The translations under genes were made by a program, and so were the position numbers. Below, piece after piece: positions 19,730 to 28,442 of a stretch of 44,812 bases of DNA. Below the pieces are notes generated by a model. The model made no database searches. It had not been told where the DNA came from and was given only the letters and a program-made list of their open reading frames with translations. The DNA is from Myxococcota bacterium (GTDB lineage Bacteria > Myxococcota > UBA4151), in the NCBI GenBank assembly GCA_036338695.1, contig JAYZBQ010000072.1, forward strand, positions 1 to 44,812, read 5' to 3'. Each line of letters begins with the position of its first letter. The stretch's first letter is position 1.

Positions 19730-20896
19730 GTGACCTTGCTGATCATCGCCGCGCTGTGTGGCGCGCTCGAGGTGTGGATCCTCCTGATGGCGGGGCGGCG
19801 CGTGGTTCAGGTCCAGGACTTTCATGCGCTGCCGCCCCAGCAGCTCGAGCGCTACCCGTCGGCGTCGATCGTGATCCCTGCGTGCAATGAAGAGGCGACG
19901 ATCGCGCCCGCGCTCGAGCAGCTCGGCGCGCAGGACTACCCAGACCTTGAGCTGATCGTGGTTAATGACCGCTCAAGCGATGAAACCGGCGCGCTGATCG
20001 ACCAGGCGGCGGCTCGTGACCCGCGGATCAAAGCGGTGCACAACGACACGCTGCCAAGCGGATGGCTGGGCAAAGTCCACGCGCTCAAGCTCGGTCAGGA
20101 CGCAAGCGCCAGCGAGTGGATTTTGTTTACCGATGCGGACGTCCACCTCGCCCCGCAGGCGCTCAAATCGGCGATCGCTTACGCAGAGCATCGAGGGCTT
20201 GACCACCTGGCTGTCTGCCCGGACCTGGCCGGCAGAAGCGCGCTCGCCAACGCCTGCGTCGCCAACTTTCACCTGATCATGATGGTCTTGGTCTCCCCTG
20301 CGAAGGTCCGTGACCCCAACCGACCAGACGGTGTCGGCGTCGGCGCCTTCAACCTGGTGCGGCGCAGCTGCCTCGAGGCGAGCGAAGGGTTCGACTGGCT
20401 GCGCCTCGAGGTCGCAGACGATTTTGCGCTCGGTGCCGTCCTCAAGGCAGCCGGCGGCCGCTGTGAACTGGTCTTTGGCACCCAATTGGCTGAGGTGGAG
20501 TGGTACCCTTCCGTTGCGGCGATGATCGCAGGTTTTGAGAAGAACGCGTACGGTGCTCTTGGTCACTATCGACCTTGGCTTGCCCTGCTCAAGCTGATGG
20601 CGAGCGTCATCCCGATCGCCCTGCCCCTTGTGGCGCTCCCATGGACGAGCTCCAGCCCGTGGGGCTGGACCGCTGCCCTGGCGCCTCTGCTTGCGAGCTG
20701 GCTGGTGGGCGCGCTGCTGGCGCGACGTATGCGCTGGCCGTACACCCGCTATCTGGTGGCGCCCTTCACCCTGCCGATCTTATGGTTCGCCCTGGTCAAT
20801 GGCTTGATCAAAAGCTGGCAGCGAGGGGGTATCGCCTGGCGAGGGACGCTCTACGCCACCGCCGACCTACGGGCTGCGCAGCGCATCAAGCTCTGA
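19730..20896 (+). CDS. Membrane glycosyltransferase family 2 (HpnB/CrtQ-like)
   Basis: IVIPACNEE, VVNDRSSD, GWLGK, FTDADV and VADDF motifs; C-terminal TM helices; IAWRG. Confidence 0.85.
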   Translation: MTLLIIAALCGALEVWILLMAGRRVVQVQDFHALPPQQLERYPSASIVIPACNEEATIAPALEQLGAQDYPDLELIVVNDRSSDETGALIDQAAARDPRIKAVHNDTLPSGWLGKVHALKLGQDASASEWILFTDADVHLAPQALKSAIAYAEHRGLDHLAVCPDLAGRSALANACVANFHLIMMVLVSPAKVRDPNRPDGVGVGAFNLVRRSCLEASEGFDWLRLEVADDFALGAVLKAAGGRCELVFGTQLAEVEWYPSVAAMIAGFEKNAYGALGHYRPWLALLKLMASVIPIALPLVALPWTSSSPWGWTAALAPLLASWLVGALLARRMRWPYTRYLVAPFTLPILWFALVNGLIKSWQRGGIAWRGTLYATADLRAAQRIKL

Positions 20897-22055
20897 CGCC
20901 AGACGCCAAGGTCTTCAAGCGCTCGGCGGCTGCCTGGATCGTGCGCAACTCTTTGCAGAAGGCAAAACGCGCCAGCTCACCGTCTTCTCGCCGACCGCTC
21001 GGGTAAAAGGGAGAGACCGGGATGCAGGCGACTCCAATCTCCTGCGTCAGATAGCGGGCGAAGGCGCGGTCGGACGCAAACCCAAGGTGACCGATGTGAC
21101 TGAGCACAAAGTAGGTTCCTTGCGGCGACCAAGTGGGTAGACCCGCCTGCTCGAGCGCCCTCAGCAAGGCGGTCCGGCGGTCTGCATACTCGGCGCGAAA
21201 AGTATCGTAAAACGACGCTGGCAACTCCAGCGCGCTCGCCATCGCATGCTGCAAGGGTGTGGCGGTCGCAAAGGTGAGAAATTGATGAGCCGACTGCGCC
21301 GCGGCGATCAGCTTGGCGGAGCCATGGGCATAGCCGATCTTCCATCCCGTCATCGAGAAGGTCTTACCCGTCGAGCTGATCGTCAGCACACGGTCCTCAA
21401 AGCCCGGCAAGGTGGCCATCGGGACGTGCTCACAGCCAAACGTCAGGTGCTCATAGACCTCATCGCAGACCACGTAGACGCCGTGGCGTTCGCACAAGTC
21501 GGCGAGGAACAACAGATCCTCGCGGCTAAAGACCTTCCCCGTCGGATTGTGCGGTGTGTTGAGCAGCAGCAGCTTCGTCTTGTCGCTAAACAGCGCCGCA
21601 ACTGCCTCGCGATCCATAGCGAAGTCGGGCCACCTCAAGCTAGCGACTTTCGGCGCAGCGCCGACCAAGCTCAAAAGCGGGAGATAGCTGTCGTAGACCG
21701 GCTCGAACACCACGACCTCGTCGCCGCGCTCCACCAAGCCGAACACCGCCGCGGCGAGCGCCTCCGTTGCGCCAGAGTAGACGCCGACCTCGGTGTAGGG
21801 GTCGCGCCGAATCCCGTAGTGCCGCTCGACCTTTCGGCTCACCGCCTCGACCAGGGGACCGTGCCCTTGGCTGCGAGCATACTGGTTCGAGCCATGACGC
21901 AGCGCCTCGATAGCGGCTTCCTTGATCGACTCAGGTCCCTCGAAATCGGGGAACCCTTGCCCCAGATTGATCGCCTGGTGCGCCGTCGCTAAGGCGCTCA
22001 TCTCGGCGAAGATGGTCGTGCCGAAAGGTTGGAGAGCCGACGAGGTCAGGGTCAT
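20886..22055 (-). CDS. Class I/II PLP-dependent aminotransferase (YbdL/methionine aminotransferase-like)
   Basis: TIFAEMS, INLGQGFPD, NTPHNPTGKV, DEVYEH and STGKTFSMTGWKIG motifs. Confidence 0.9.
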   Translation of the reverse strand: MTLTSSALQPFGTTIFAEMSALATAHQAINLGQGFPDFEGPESIKEAAIEALRHGSNQYARSQGHGPLVEAVSRKVERHYGIRRDPYTEVGVYSGATEALAAAVFGLVERGDEVVVFEPVYDSYLPLLSLVGAAPKVASLRWPDFAMDREAVAALFSDKTKLLLLNTPHNPTGKVFSREDLLFLADLCERHGVYVVCDEVYEHLTFGCEHVPMATLPGFEDRVLTISSTGKTFSMTGWKIGYAHGSAKLIAAAQSAHQFLTFATATPLQHAMASALELPASFYDTFRAEYADRRTALLRALEQAGLPTWSPQGTYFVLSHIGHLGFASDRAFARYLTQEIGVACIPVSPFYPSGRREDGELARFAFCKELRTIQAAAERLKTLASGVRA

Positions 22056-22057
22056 GG

Positions 22058-23863
22058 TCACCCCAGCTCCTGAGCATGCGCCTGGCACATGACCCGCCAA
22101 AGCACCCGAAACGTGACCGTTGCGGGCACCTCGGAGGCTGCGATGAGCTCCTCAGCAGCCTTGGGTTGATCACGGAGCAACGACGTCATCAGCTCGATCA
22201 GCTGAAGCGCCATCGGTCCGAGCAAGCTCTCGTCGAGCTCAGCAGCTCGTCGCAACGCGCCGAGACCCTGGCGGACCTGCTCGATCTCACCGCGCTGAAC
22301 CAGCAGCCAAGCGTGCAGCAAGGCGGCTTCGAGATCGAGCCCGTCCTCAAGCTCGATCGGGAACGACTCGGAGGCCAGCTCAAGCCGCTCCCATGCTCGC
22401 TCAAGCTCACCCGACTGGAGCGCAAAATAGGCCTCGTTCAATGCGATTGCGGCGAGGTTCTCGCGGTGCTCTGCGGCGTCAAACGAGGCTCGAGCCTGGG
22501 CGTTGAGACGCTCAAAGGCGCTGCGATCGTTGCGGTCGAGGTAGTAGAGTGACCAGTTCACCTTAGCCGCCGCAGCAGCCATCACCCGGTGCAACGCCTC
22601 GTATTCCTCGACGAGCTGGCTGAGCAACTCTTCGGCTTCGGGGTCGCCTCGCTCGACGAGCAGCATCCCGAGATGCAGCGCCCTCCAACGCGCCGTCCCA
22701 CGATCTCCATGCTCCCTGAGGACCTCAAGCGACGCGCGTAAGCCCGCCTCAGCTTGTTCGAGCTTACCTTCCATCCTGTCGAGCTCAGCCAGACAGCCGC
22801 GCGCGTTGGCGGTCAAGCGAACATCATCGGTCTTCCATGACAGAACGAGGGCTTCATCAGCGGCGTTGCGCGCCTGCGCGAAGCGCTGCAGCAGCCGTAA
22901 AGTCGAACTCATTTCGATCAACCCGCGACACGTCAGCCGAGCGTCTTCGAGCTCCCTGCTGATCGAGAGCATTCGGTCGAGGTAGGGCAGCGCATCGACG
23001 GGCTGCGCGGTGTTGTACTCGACCGCCGCCTGCTCGAGCAGACACTCGGCGCTGAGCGCTGCGTCCCCAAGCCAGTCGACCACGGCGCTCATCGCACGCA
23101 GCTCAAAGCGCGCCGTGTCAAACCGTCCGCTCAATCGTCCGAGCTGGGCGCGCGCCAACAGCTGATAGGCGACCCCCTCCATCTCGCTGGTGAGGTCTGC
23201 GCGTGGGAGCGGTTTGCCGTGTTCATCGTGGGTCGCCACCTTACCGAGCCGCAGTGAAGGAAACTCGATCGGCCACCACGCCGCAGCCACCATTTGATGC
23301 ACGACCACCTTCTGCTGCATCCCACGCACCGGCGTTGGTCCGAGACAGGTCACGATCGCCCGCTCAGGCGCCCCAGCGCGCTTGAGCGTCTCCTCTGAGA
23401 CGAGCGTCTGCGCACCGTGCGCCATGTCACTGAGTCGCGCCGCAACGTTCACCGCTGCCCCAAAATAATCTGCGCGCTGGCTCAACTCGTTGATCCGCAG
23501 CTCGGCTTCACCTGCGTGAATTCCCATCCGGACCCGCAAGCCCAAGCAGCCTTTCACACCCCGCGCACGCTGCGCCTCCTCGAGGGCTTCCGGCCAGGTC
23601 AGCTTGGCGAGCGTCTGTTGGACAACATGCGCAAACCCCATCGCATCGCTTGGCTGCTCGAAGGCGAGCATAAAAGCGTCGCCTTCGGATTTGACCGCAT
23701 ACCCGTTCTGCGAGGCGCATGCTGCCTGCATCAGCGCATCGTGCATGCGCAGCGAGCGCCGCATCGCCTCAGGGACCGCCTCCCAGAGCGCCGACGAGCC
23801 CTCGATGTCGGTAAAGACAAAGGTAGGCGCACCTTGCGGCGGCTCGACCTGTCGTGAGCTCAT
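22058..23863 (-). CDS. Class III adenylate cyclase domain fused to TPR repeats
   Basis: FVFTDIEGSSALWE, VKSEGDAFM, LRVRMGIHAG and DYFGAAVNVAARL; helical TPR-like C-terminal two thirds. Confidence 0.85.
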   Translation of the reverse strand: MSSRQVEPPQGAPTFVFTDIEGSSALWEAVPEAMRRSLRMHDALMQAACASQNGYAVKSEGDAFMLAFEQPSDAMGFAHVVQQTLAKLTWPEALEEAQRARGVKGCLGLRVRMGIHAGEAELRINELSQRADYFGAAVNVAARLSDMAHGAQTLVSEETLKRAGAPERAIVTCLGPTPVRGMQQKVVVHQMVAAAWWPIEFPSLRLGKVATHDEHGKPLPRADLTSEMEGVAYQLLARAQLGRLSGRFDTARFELRAMSAVVDWLGDAALSAECLLEQAAVEYNTAQPVDALPYLDRMLSISRELEDARLTCRGLIEMSSTLRLLQRFAQARNAADEALVLSWKTDDVRLTANARGCLAELDRMEGKLEQAEAGLRASLEVLREHGDRGTARWRALHLGMLLVERGDPEAEELLSQLVEEYEALHRVMAAAAAKVNWSLYYLDRNDRSAFERLNAQARASFDAAEHRENLAAIALNEAYFALQSGELERAWERLELASESFPIELEDGLDLEAALLHAWLLVQRGEIEQVRQGLGALRRAAELDESLLGPMALQLIELMTSLLRDQPKAAEELIAASEVPATVTFRVLWRVMCQAHAQELG

Positions 23864-23979
23864 CGTCCCCCCTTTTGCGACGCGACCGCTTGCGCCGAAA
23901 CACCCAGACAGCAGGTGCGCAACGCCGACGGCGTGTCAAGCCGTGACGACGTGAAACCATGAACTTGCGCAGCGCGCCG

Positions 23980-24008
23980 TTGACCGATCCGAACACGGAC
24001 TCCATAGT
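23980..24008 (+). promoter_or_regulatory. Putative sigma70-type promoter of the cyclase pair
   Basis: TTGACC (23980-23985), 17-bp spacer, CATAGT (24003-24008); GAGGAG RBS and ATG 24054 downstream. Confidence 0.55.
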
Positions 24009-24013
24009 CCGAA

Positions 24014-24029
24014 TGTGACCTATGTCACA
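24014..24029. promoter_or_regulatory. CRP/FNR-family binding site (CRP consensus)
   Basis: TGTGA-CCTATG-TCACA, a perfect TGTGA-N6-TCACA core preceded by AA, in the intergenic region between divergent cyclase genes. Confidence 0.75.
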
Positions 24030-24053
24030 CGCTAGGATGAGGAGCGCCAGCCG

Positions 24054-25289
24054 ATGACGCAACGGGACCTCGGGGCGCTCGAGTCCAAGCTGACCGAATG
24101 GCTCCTTGATGTGAGCCGGCTCGGCGAGGCGCCGACGCAGCAGATCGCTGGCTTCATTCAGCATTTTCAGGACGCTGAGATCGACCTCATCCTGTGCTCC
24201 TCGTTGATTCGCACGCTCCATCCGCAGATTGAGCTCTTCGCTCAGCGGTGGCACCCGAGCGCCTCGTCTCGAATCGAACTCGCCCAAACAGAGCATGTCC
24301 TTGACCATCACTCGCTCCAAGTAAGCGAAGGACAGGTCGAGCTCTACACGGTGGCGCATGGTCACAGCGACGAGTCCATGTACCGCCAGAGCCCGTTTGC
24401 GCTGGCTCAAGAGACAGGGGAGCCGGTCCGTTGGCGTCGCGGGCAAGATTCAGACACCCTCAAGTTTTCCATCATCGACGACCTCGCTGCACGGGGAGCC
24501 ACCGAGTACCTCGCAATGGCGCTGCCGATCGCTGAACCCTTCGAGGCAGGGCTCAGCCTGGCGTGCAAACATCCCGGCGGCTTCCCGGTGGGCTTTGACG
24601 AGTTAATGCTCAAACTCCGCCCGCTGATTGGTCTCATTTTTGGGTTTAATGTCGAGCGCCTGTCCCTCGATGAGATCCTCAAGGCTTATCTCGGGCGAGA
24701 GCCCGCGAAACGCGTCCTCGGTGGTCAAATGCGGCGCGGCCAAATCAACAGCGTCTCGTCCGTCATCGGCTTCGTCAATCTCAAGGGTTATAAAGAGGCG
24801 ATCGGCTCCCTTGATGACGCCACGCAAAATTCGGTCTTGGACACCTTCTATCGCTCGATCTACGACGCGATCACACCGCACCATGGTGAGATCCTGAAGT
24901 TCATCGGCGAGACCGTTTTGTTCGTCTTCCCGCTCGATGAACACCGGCACCAAGCGACGTGCCAGGCTGCCCTCTCGGCAGCTCGGCATCTCCTGAATGC
25001 AGACGCTGGACTGAGCGGTCATGCGGGCTCATTTCCGGTTCAGATCGCGCTGCACTACGGTGAGGTCTTGTCCGGCAATATCGGCTCCGAGCTGCGCCTG
25101 GACTTCACCATCATGGGGCACGCCGTCAACCTCACGGCGCGCCTTCATCAGCTGCTCCCCAAGCTCAGCGAGCGCTTGATCCTCTCCAAGGAGTTCGCGT
25201 CGGCGATCCCAACCCCCACACGGACGCTCGGTTCGTTTCACCTCAAAGGAGTCAATGGCATTCAGGAGGCTTGTTCCCTTGAGCGCTAA
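24054..25289 (+). CDS. Class III cyclase-like protein with GAF-like sensor; metal-binding aspartates substituted
   Basis: RTLHPQ/SPF sensor region; GFVNLKGY (D to N) and LKFIGETV (D to E); retains RLDFT and VNLTARL. Confidence 0.85.
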   Translation: MTQRDLGALESKLTEWLLDVSRLGEAPTQQIAGFIQHFQDAEIDLILCSSLIRTLHPQIELFAQRWHPSASSRIELAQTEHVLDHHSLQVSEGQVELYTVAHGHSDESMYRQSPFALAQETGEPVRWRRGQDSDTLKFSIIDDLAARGATEYLAMALPIAEPFEAGLSLACKHPGGFPVGFDELMLKLRPLIGLIFGFNVERLSLDEILKAYLGREPAKRVLGGQMRRGQINSVSSVIGFVNLKGYKEAIGSLDDATQNSVLDTFYRSIYDAITPHHGEILKFIGETVLFVFPLDEHRHQATCQAALSAARHLLNADAGLSGHAGSFPVQIALHYGEVLSGNIGSELRLDFTIMGHAVNLTARLHQLLPKLSERLILSKEFASAIPTPTRTLGSFHLKGVNGIQEACSLER

Positions 25290-26523
25290 ACATCCCACCC
25301 AAAACGACGAGCTGTTCAGCGCCTTGCGCGATGCGCTGCTCTCGACGAGCCGTCTCTACGAGGACTCCGACGCCTACCTCCCACCGCTCGTTCAGTGCCT
25401 GCAAGCGCACGGCGTCGCCGTCAGCGGCATGAGCGTGGTCGTTCGGACCGCTCATCCCCAGCTCGAGATGTTGGTTCAGCGCTGGCACCCGAGCGCAACC
25501 GAAGAGATCTCAGTGGATGAGGTCGACACGATCGCTCAGCACTACGCTAACCAACATGCCGATGGCACCACAGAGGTCTATCTCCTCAAGCACGGTCACT
25601 CCGACCAGGCGCTCTATCAGAACAGTCCGTTTGCCGCAGTCGAGTTATCCGGTTCGGCGCAGAGCTGGCGCCTGGCTGAGCACCTCAACCCCCCACGCTT
25701 CCCGATCTTTGCGAACCTCGCCCAGCGCAGCGTGACCGAGTACTGCGTCGTCCCGGTTCGCATGCCCGAACCGTATCAGCTGATGCTCAGCATCTCGACG
25801 ACGAATTCGGGCGGCTTCCCTCCCAATTTCCTGAGCACCATGACGCAGCTCGCGCCCTACCTTCGGCTCTCGGTAGCGCACAAGCTTGAGCGGATCATGA
25901 TGACCGAGTTGCTGTCGGCTTACCTCGGCCGAGGCACGGCGCAACAGGTCGCCGCCGGGCGCATCCGGCACGGTGATCTCCAGAGCCTGGAGGCGGTGAT
26001 CGGTTTTATCGACCTGCGCGGGTTCACAGCGCTCACGCAGCAGCTTGAGAGCGCTGATCTGCTCGCGCTCATGAGCTCGTTTTACGGGGCGATTGACAAG
26101 ACGCTCACCCGCTACGGGGGTGAGATCCTCAAGTTTATCGGCGATGGTCTCCTCTTTGTCTTTCCGCAGGTCGATGAGGGCGCGGCGGTGGCGCCCAGCG
26201 CGCTTGATGCGCTCAAAGAGCTGCGTCGACGCATCGACCGAGCCAACACGAGATACCCCGAGACGCCGATTCGCTACGCCGCAGCGCTGCATAAAGGTCA
26301 AGTGCGCTATGGGAACATCGGCGCGCCTGCTCGGCTCGATTTCACGGTCATCGGCGCAACGGTCAACCGAACGGTCCGACTTCAAGAGCTTGCGTCCGAC
26401 CATGACCTCGACCTCGTCATCTCAGGATCCTTGACCGAGTCTATCGACCAGCCCAACCGCCTCCTCGGTCGCTTCACCCTCACCGGGTTCGACTCGCCGC
26501 TCGCCGTCTACACGCTCGATTAA
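25279..26523 (+). CDS. Class III adenylate cyclase with GAF-like sensor (paralog of the upstream gene)
   Basis: AGGAGG RBS before TTG 25279; GFIDLRGFT, LKFIGDG, RLDFTVIG and VNRTVRL motifs. Confidence 0.88.
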   Translation: MSAKHPTQNDELFSALRDALLSTSRLYEDSDAYLPPLVQCLQAHGVAVSGMSVVVRTAHPQLEMLVQRWHPSATEEISVDEVDTIAQHYANQHADGTTEVYLLKHGHSDQALYQNSPFAAVELSGSAQSWRLAEHLNPPRFPIFANLAQRSVTEYCVVPVRMPEPYQLMLSISTTNSGGFPPNFLSTMTQLAPYLRLSVAHKLERIMMTELLSAYLGRGTAQQVAAGRIRHGDLQSLEAVIGFIDLRGFTALTQQLESADLLALMSSFYGAIDKTLTRYGGEILKFIGDGLLFVFPQVDEGAAVAPSALDALKELRRRIDRANTRYPETPIRYAAALHKGQVRYGNIGAPARLDFTVIGATVNRTVRLQELASDHDLDLVISGSLTESIDQPNRLLGRFTLTGFDSPLAVYTLD

Positions 26524-26631
26524 CGTCGGACCGTTTTGCGGTAGCGATCGACGCAGCGTCGCGCTAGGGCGCCAGCGCATCACCGAGACACGCTACGCTG
26601 GCGCCTGTCGGTCGTGCCCATGGAGTCCACT

Positions 26632-27552
26632 GTGAGAGCGTATACGCTGCTGATCCTTGCGAGCCTCAACCTGGCGTGCGCAACAGCTCAGCGACCACCG
26701 GGCGCAGAGCTCGCCTTTGACGTGGAGCGCGTCGTCAAGGCGCAAGAACAGCTCGGCTGGAGCATCGACCGGATCGAACGCGACGCCGCGAGCGAAGACC
26801 TCTTAGCCAGCCTGTGCCGAGCCACGCCCAAAGAACGCGCAGCGGCTCATGCGCTGATCAAGCGCAACGTCAGCCAATTTGGCGCCTCGGCGAGTGAGCG
26901 CTGGCGACGCGGCGAGCGACCGCTGGCTCTGTTGCGCCCCCAGCTGACGACGGAGCGCACCCTCAGTTTGCTCGATCACGGCCTCAAGTTGATCGAGACC
27001 GGCGCCTGCCCCTTCTGGTGGGAGACCACGGACCCCTTTGTGGCGCGCCAGCAGCCGCTACCGGGTGCGTTCGTCTCGCTTGAGACCTCGGGGCGAGGCT
27101 ACGCTCAGCTCGAGGGGGACAAGTTTGGAGCAGGCGGCGGCGGCGCCTCACGGCTCGTGCTCGGGGGGCGTGTTGCGCCTGACTGGGGTCTCTTCACCAC
27201 GCTCGAGTTCGGCGGCGGCGGTCGCTTTGACTCGATCGGGCTGAATCAACCCATCGACGTGCCGGACCTCCTGATCATGCCTGCCGTGCTGATCCAGCTG
27301 CGTCGCCAGATCGGGACCTGGTACGTCTTCGCTGAATCCGGACCCATGACCTTCTTTACCAAAGAGGAGAGCGAGCTGCGCTGGGGCGCTCGAACGATCA
27401 TTGGCGGCGGCGCAGTCCGGCTACGCATCGGTCCTGGGATGCCCTTCCTCGGCGCACAATTGGGCGTGGACTGGATCGAGCCCGGCGCCTCGGGCGAGCC
27501 CATCTGGCAGGTCTTCGCCGGCGGCAACGCCGGCTACATCATCGCCTTCTAA
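26632..27552 (+). CDS. Hypothetical lipoprotein with beta-strand-rich C-terminal half
   Basis: GGAG RBS before GTG 26632; lipobox NLAC; helical N-half; Gly/aromatic strands ending GYIIAF. Confidence 0.65.
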   Translation: MRAYTLLILASLNLACATAQRPPGAELAFDVERVVKAQEQLGWSIDRIERDAASEDLLASLCRATPKERAAAHALIKRNVSQFGASASERWRRGERPLALLRPQLTTERTLSLLDHGLKLIETGACPFWWETTDPFVARQQPLPGAFVSLETSGRGYAQLEGDKFGAGGGGASRLVLGGRVAPDWGLFTTLEFGGGGRFDSIGLNQPIDVPDLLIMPAVLIQLRRQIGTWYVFAESGPMTFFTKEESELRWGARTIIGGGAVRLRIGPGMPFLGAQLGVDWIEPGASGEPIWQVFAGGNAGYIIAF

Positions 27553-28442
27553 GGGGCTTCGATGACGTCCTCGGTGCGCAGGCGCAGGGTGCTCCAAGCC
27601 ACCCGCCCCTTCTCGTCGCGCATCACCGCCCAGTAGCTGTAGTCTGCAGCGCGCTCTGCTTCGACCAGCGCCGTGTTGGCGCCCTTCTCGGCGGCCGTCA
27701 CCCGCATCACGACCCCACGCGGCGAGGTCGAGAACCAAAACCATCGGGGTTCGTCAGGGCTCGGCACACCGATCATCGGCGCCTCCACTGCGGTACGAAT
27801 CAAGCCCGGATCAAGCTCGGCTTGATCCACGGTGCGCGTCATCAACGGTGGGTGAAGGTGCGCTTGATGCACGATCGGACCCGGCCCGAGCTTGGGCGTG
27901 ATCAGGTGACGAGCGAGCCACACGGACCGGCTCAAGCGCAGCGGATCCTCGGCGCAGACCCACCCTTCCGGCGCTGGGACCTCACCGGTCTCAGTCAGGA
28001 CCTCAAGGTCCTCAGCGAGCTTGGTGGTGTCGACCTGATCGGGGAGCGCGCAGTTGACCGCTACAAAGTTGATGAGCCCGATCCCGACCGCACCCTCCGG
28101 CCAGAGGAACTGCCAGCGGTCCTCGCGTGCTCCCGTCGGTTGGTCACCGTCGAGCTCCACCTCGCTGACAGGGAGCGCAGCGAAAGCCAACTCGGGATCA
28201 TCCGGACCGCAGGCGAGGCCACCGGTCTGCGAGACACAGCCGCTCCCAAGCACCGTCAACGGGGTGTCGTCACCCGGCGCTCTCAGGGTCAGCATCGTCG
28301 CCTCAAAGATCTGCCCAGGAGCGGGCTGAACCGGCGTGTTGGCGACCGCGGCGATGCGCAGCCGGTCCACCACAGTGAAGGGCTTGAGCTCCTCACCGCA
28401 GCCGGCAAGAAGCGCGAAGCAAGCGATCCCTAAACGCTTCAT
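27549..28442 (-). CDS. Lipoprotein partner of the TonB-dependent receptor
   Basis: Lipobox LAGC; LRIAAV and WAVMRDEKGRVAW segments; start codon directly abuts the receptor stop codon. Confidence 0.7.
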   Translation of the reverse strand: MKRLGIACFALLAGCGEELKPFTVVDRLRIAAVANTPVQPAPGQIFEATMLTLRAPGDDTPLTVLGSGCVSQTGGLACGPDDPELAFAALPVSEVELDGDQPTGAREDRWQFLWPEGAVGIGLINFVAVNCALPDQVDTTKLAEDLEVLTETGEVPAPEGWVCAEDPLRLSRSVWLARHLITPKLGPGPIVHQAHLHPPLMTRTVDQAELDPGLIRTAVEAPMIGVPSPDEPRWFWFSTSPRGVVMRVTAAEKGANTALVEAERAADYSYWAVMRDEKGRVAWSTLRLRTEDVIEAP

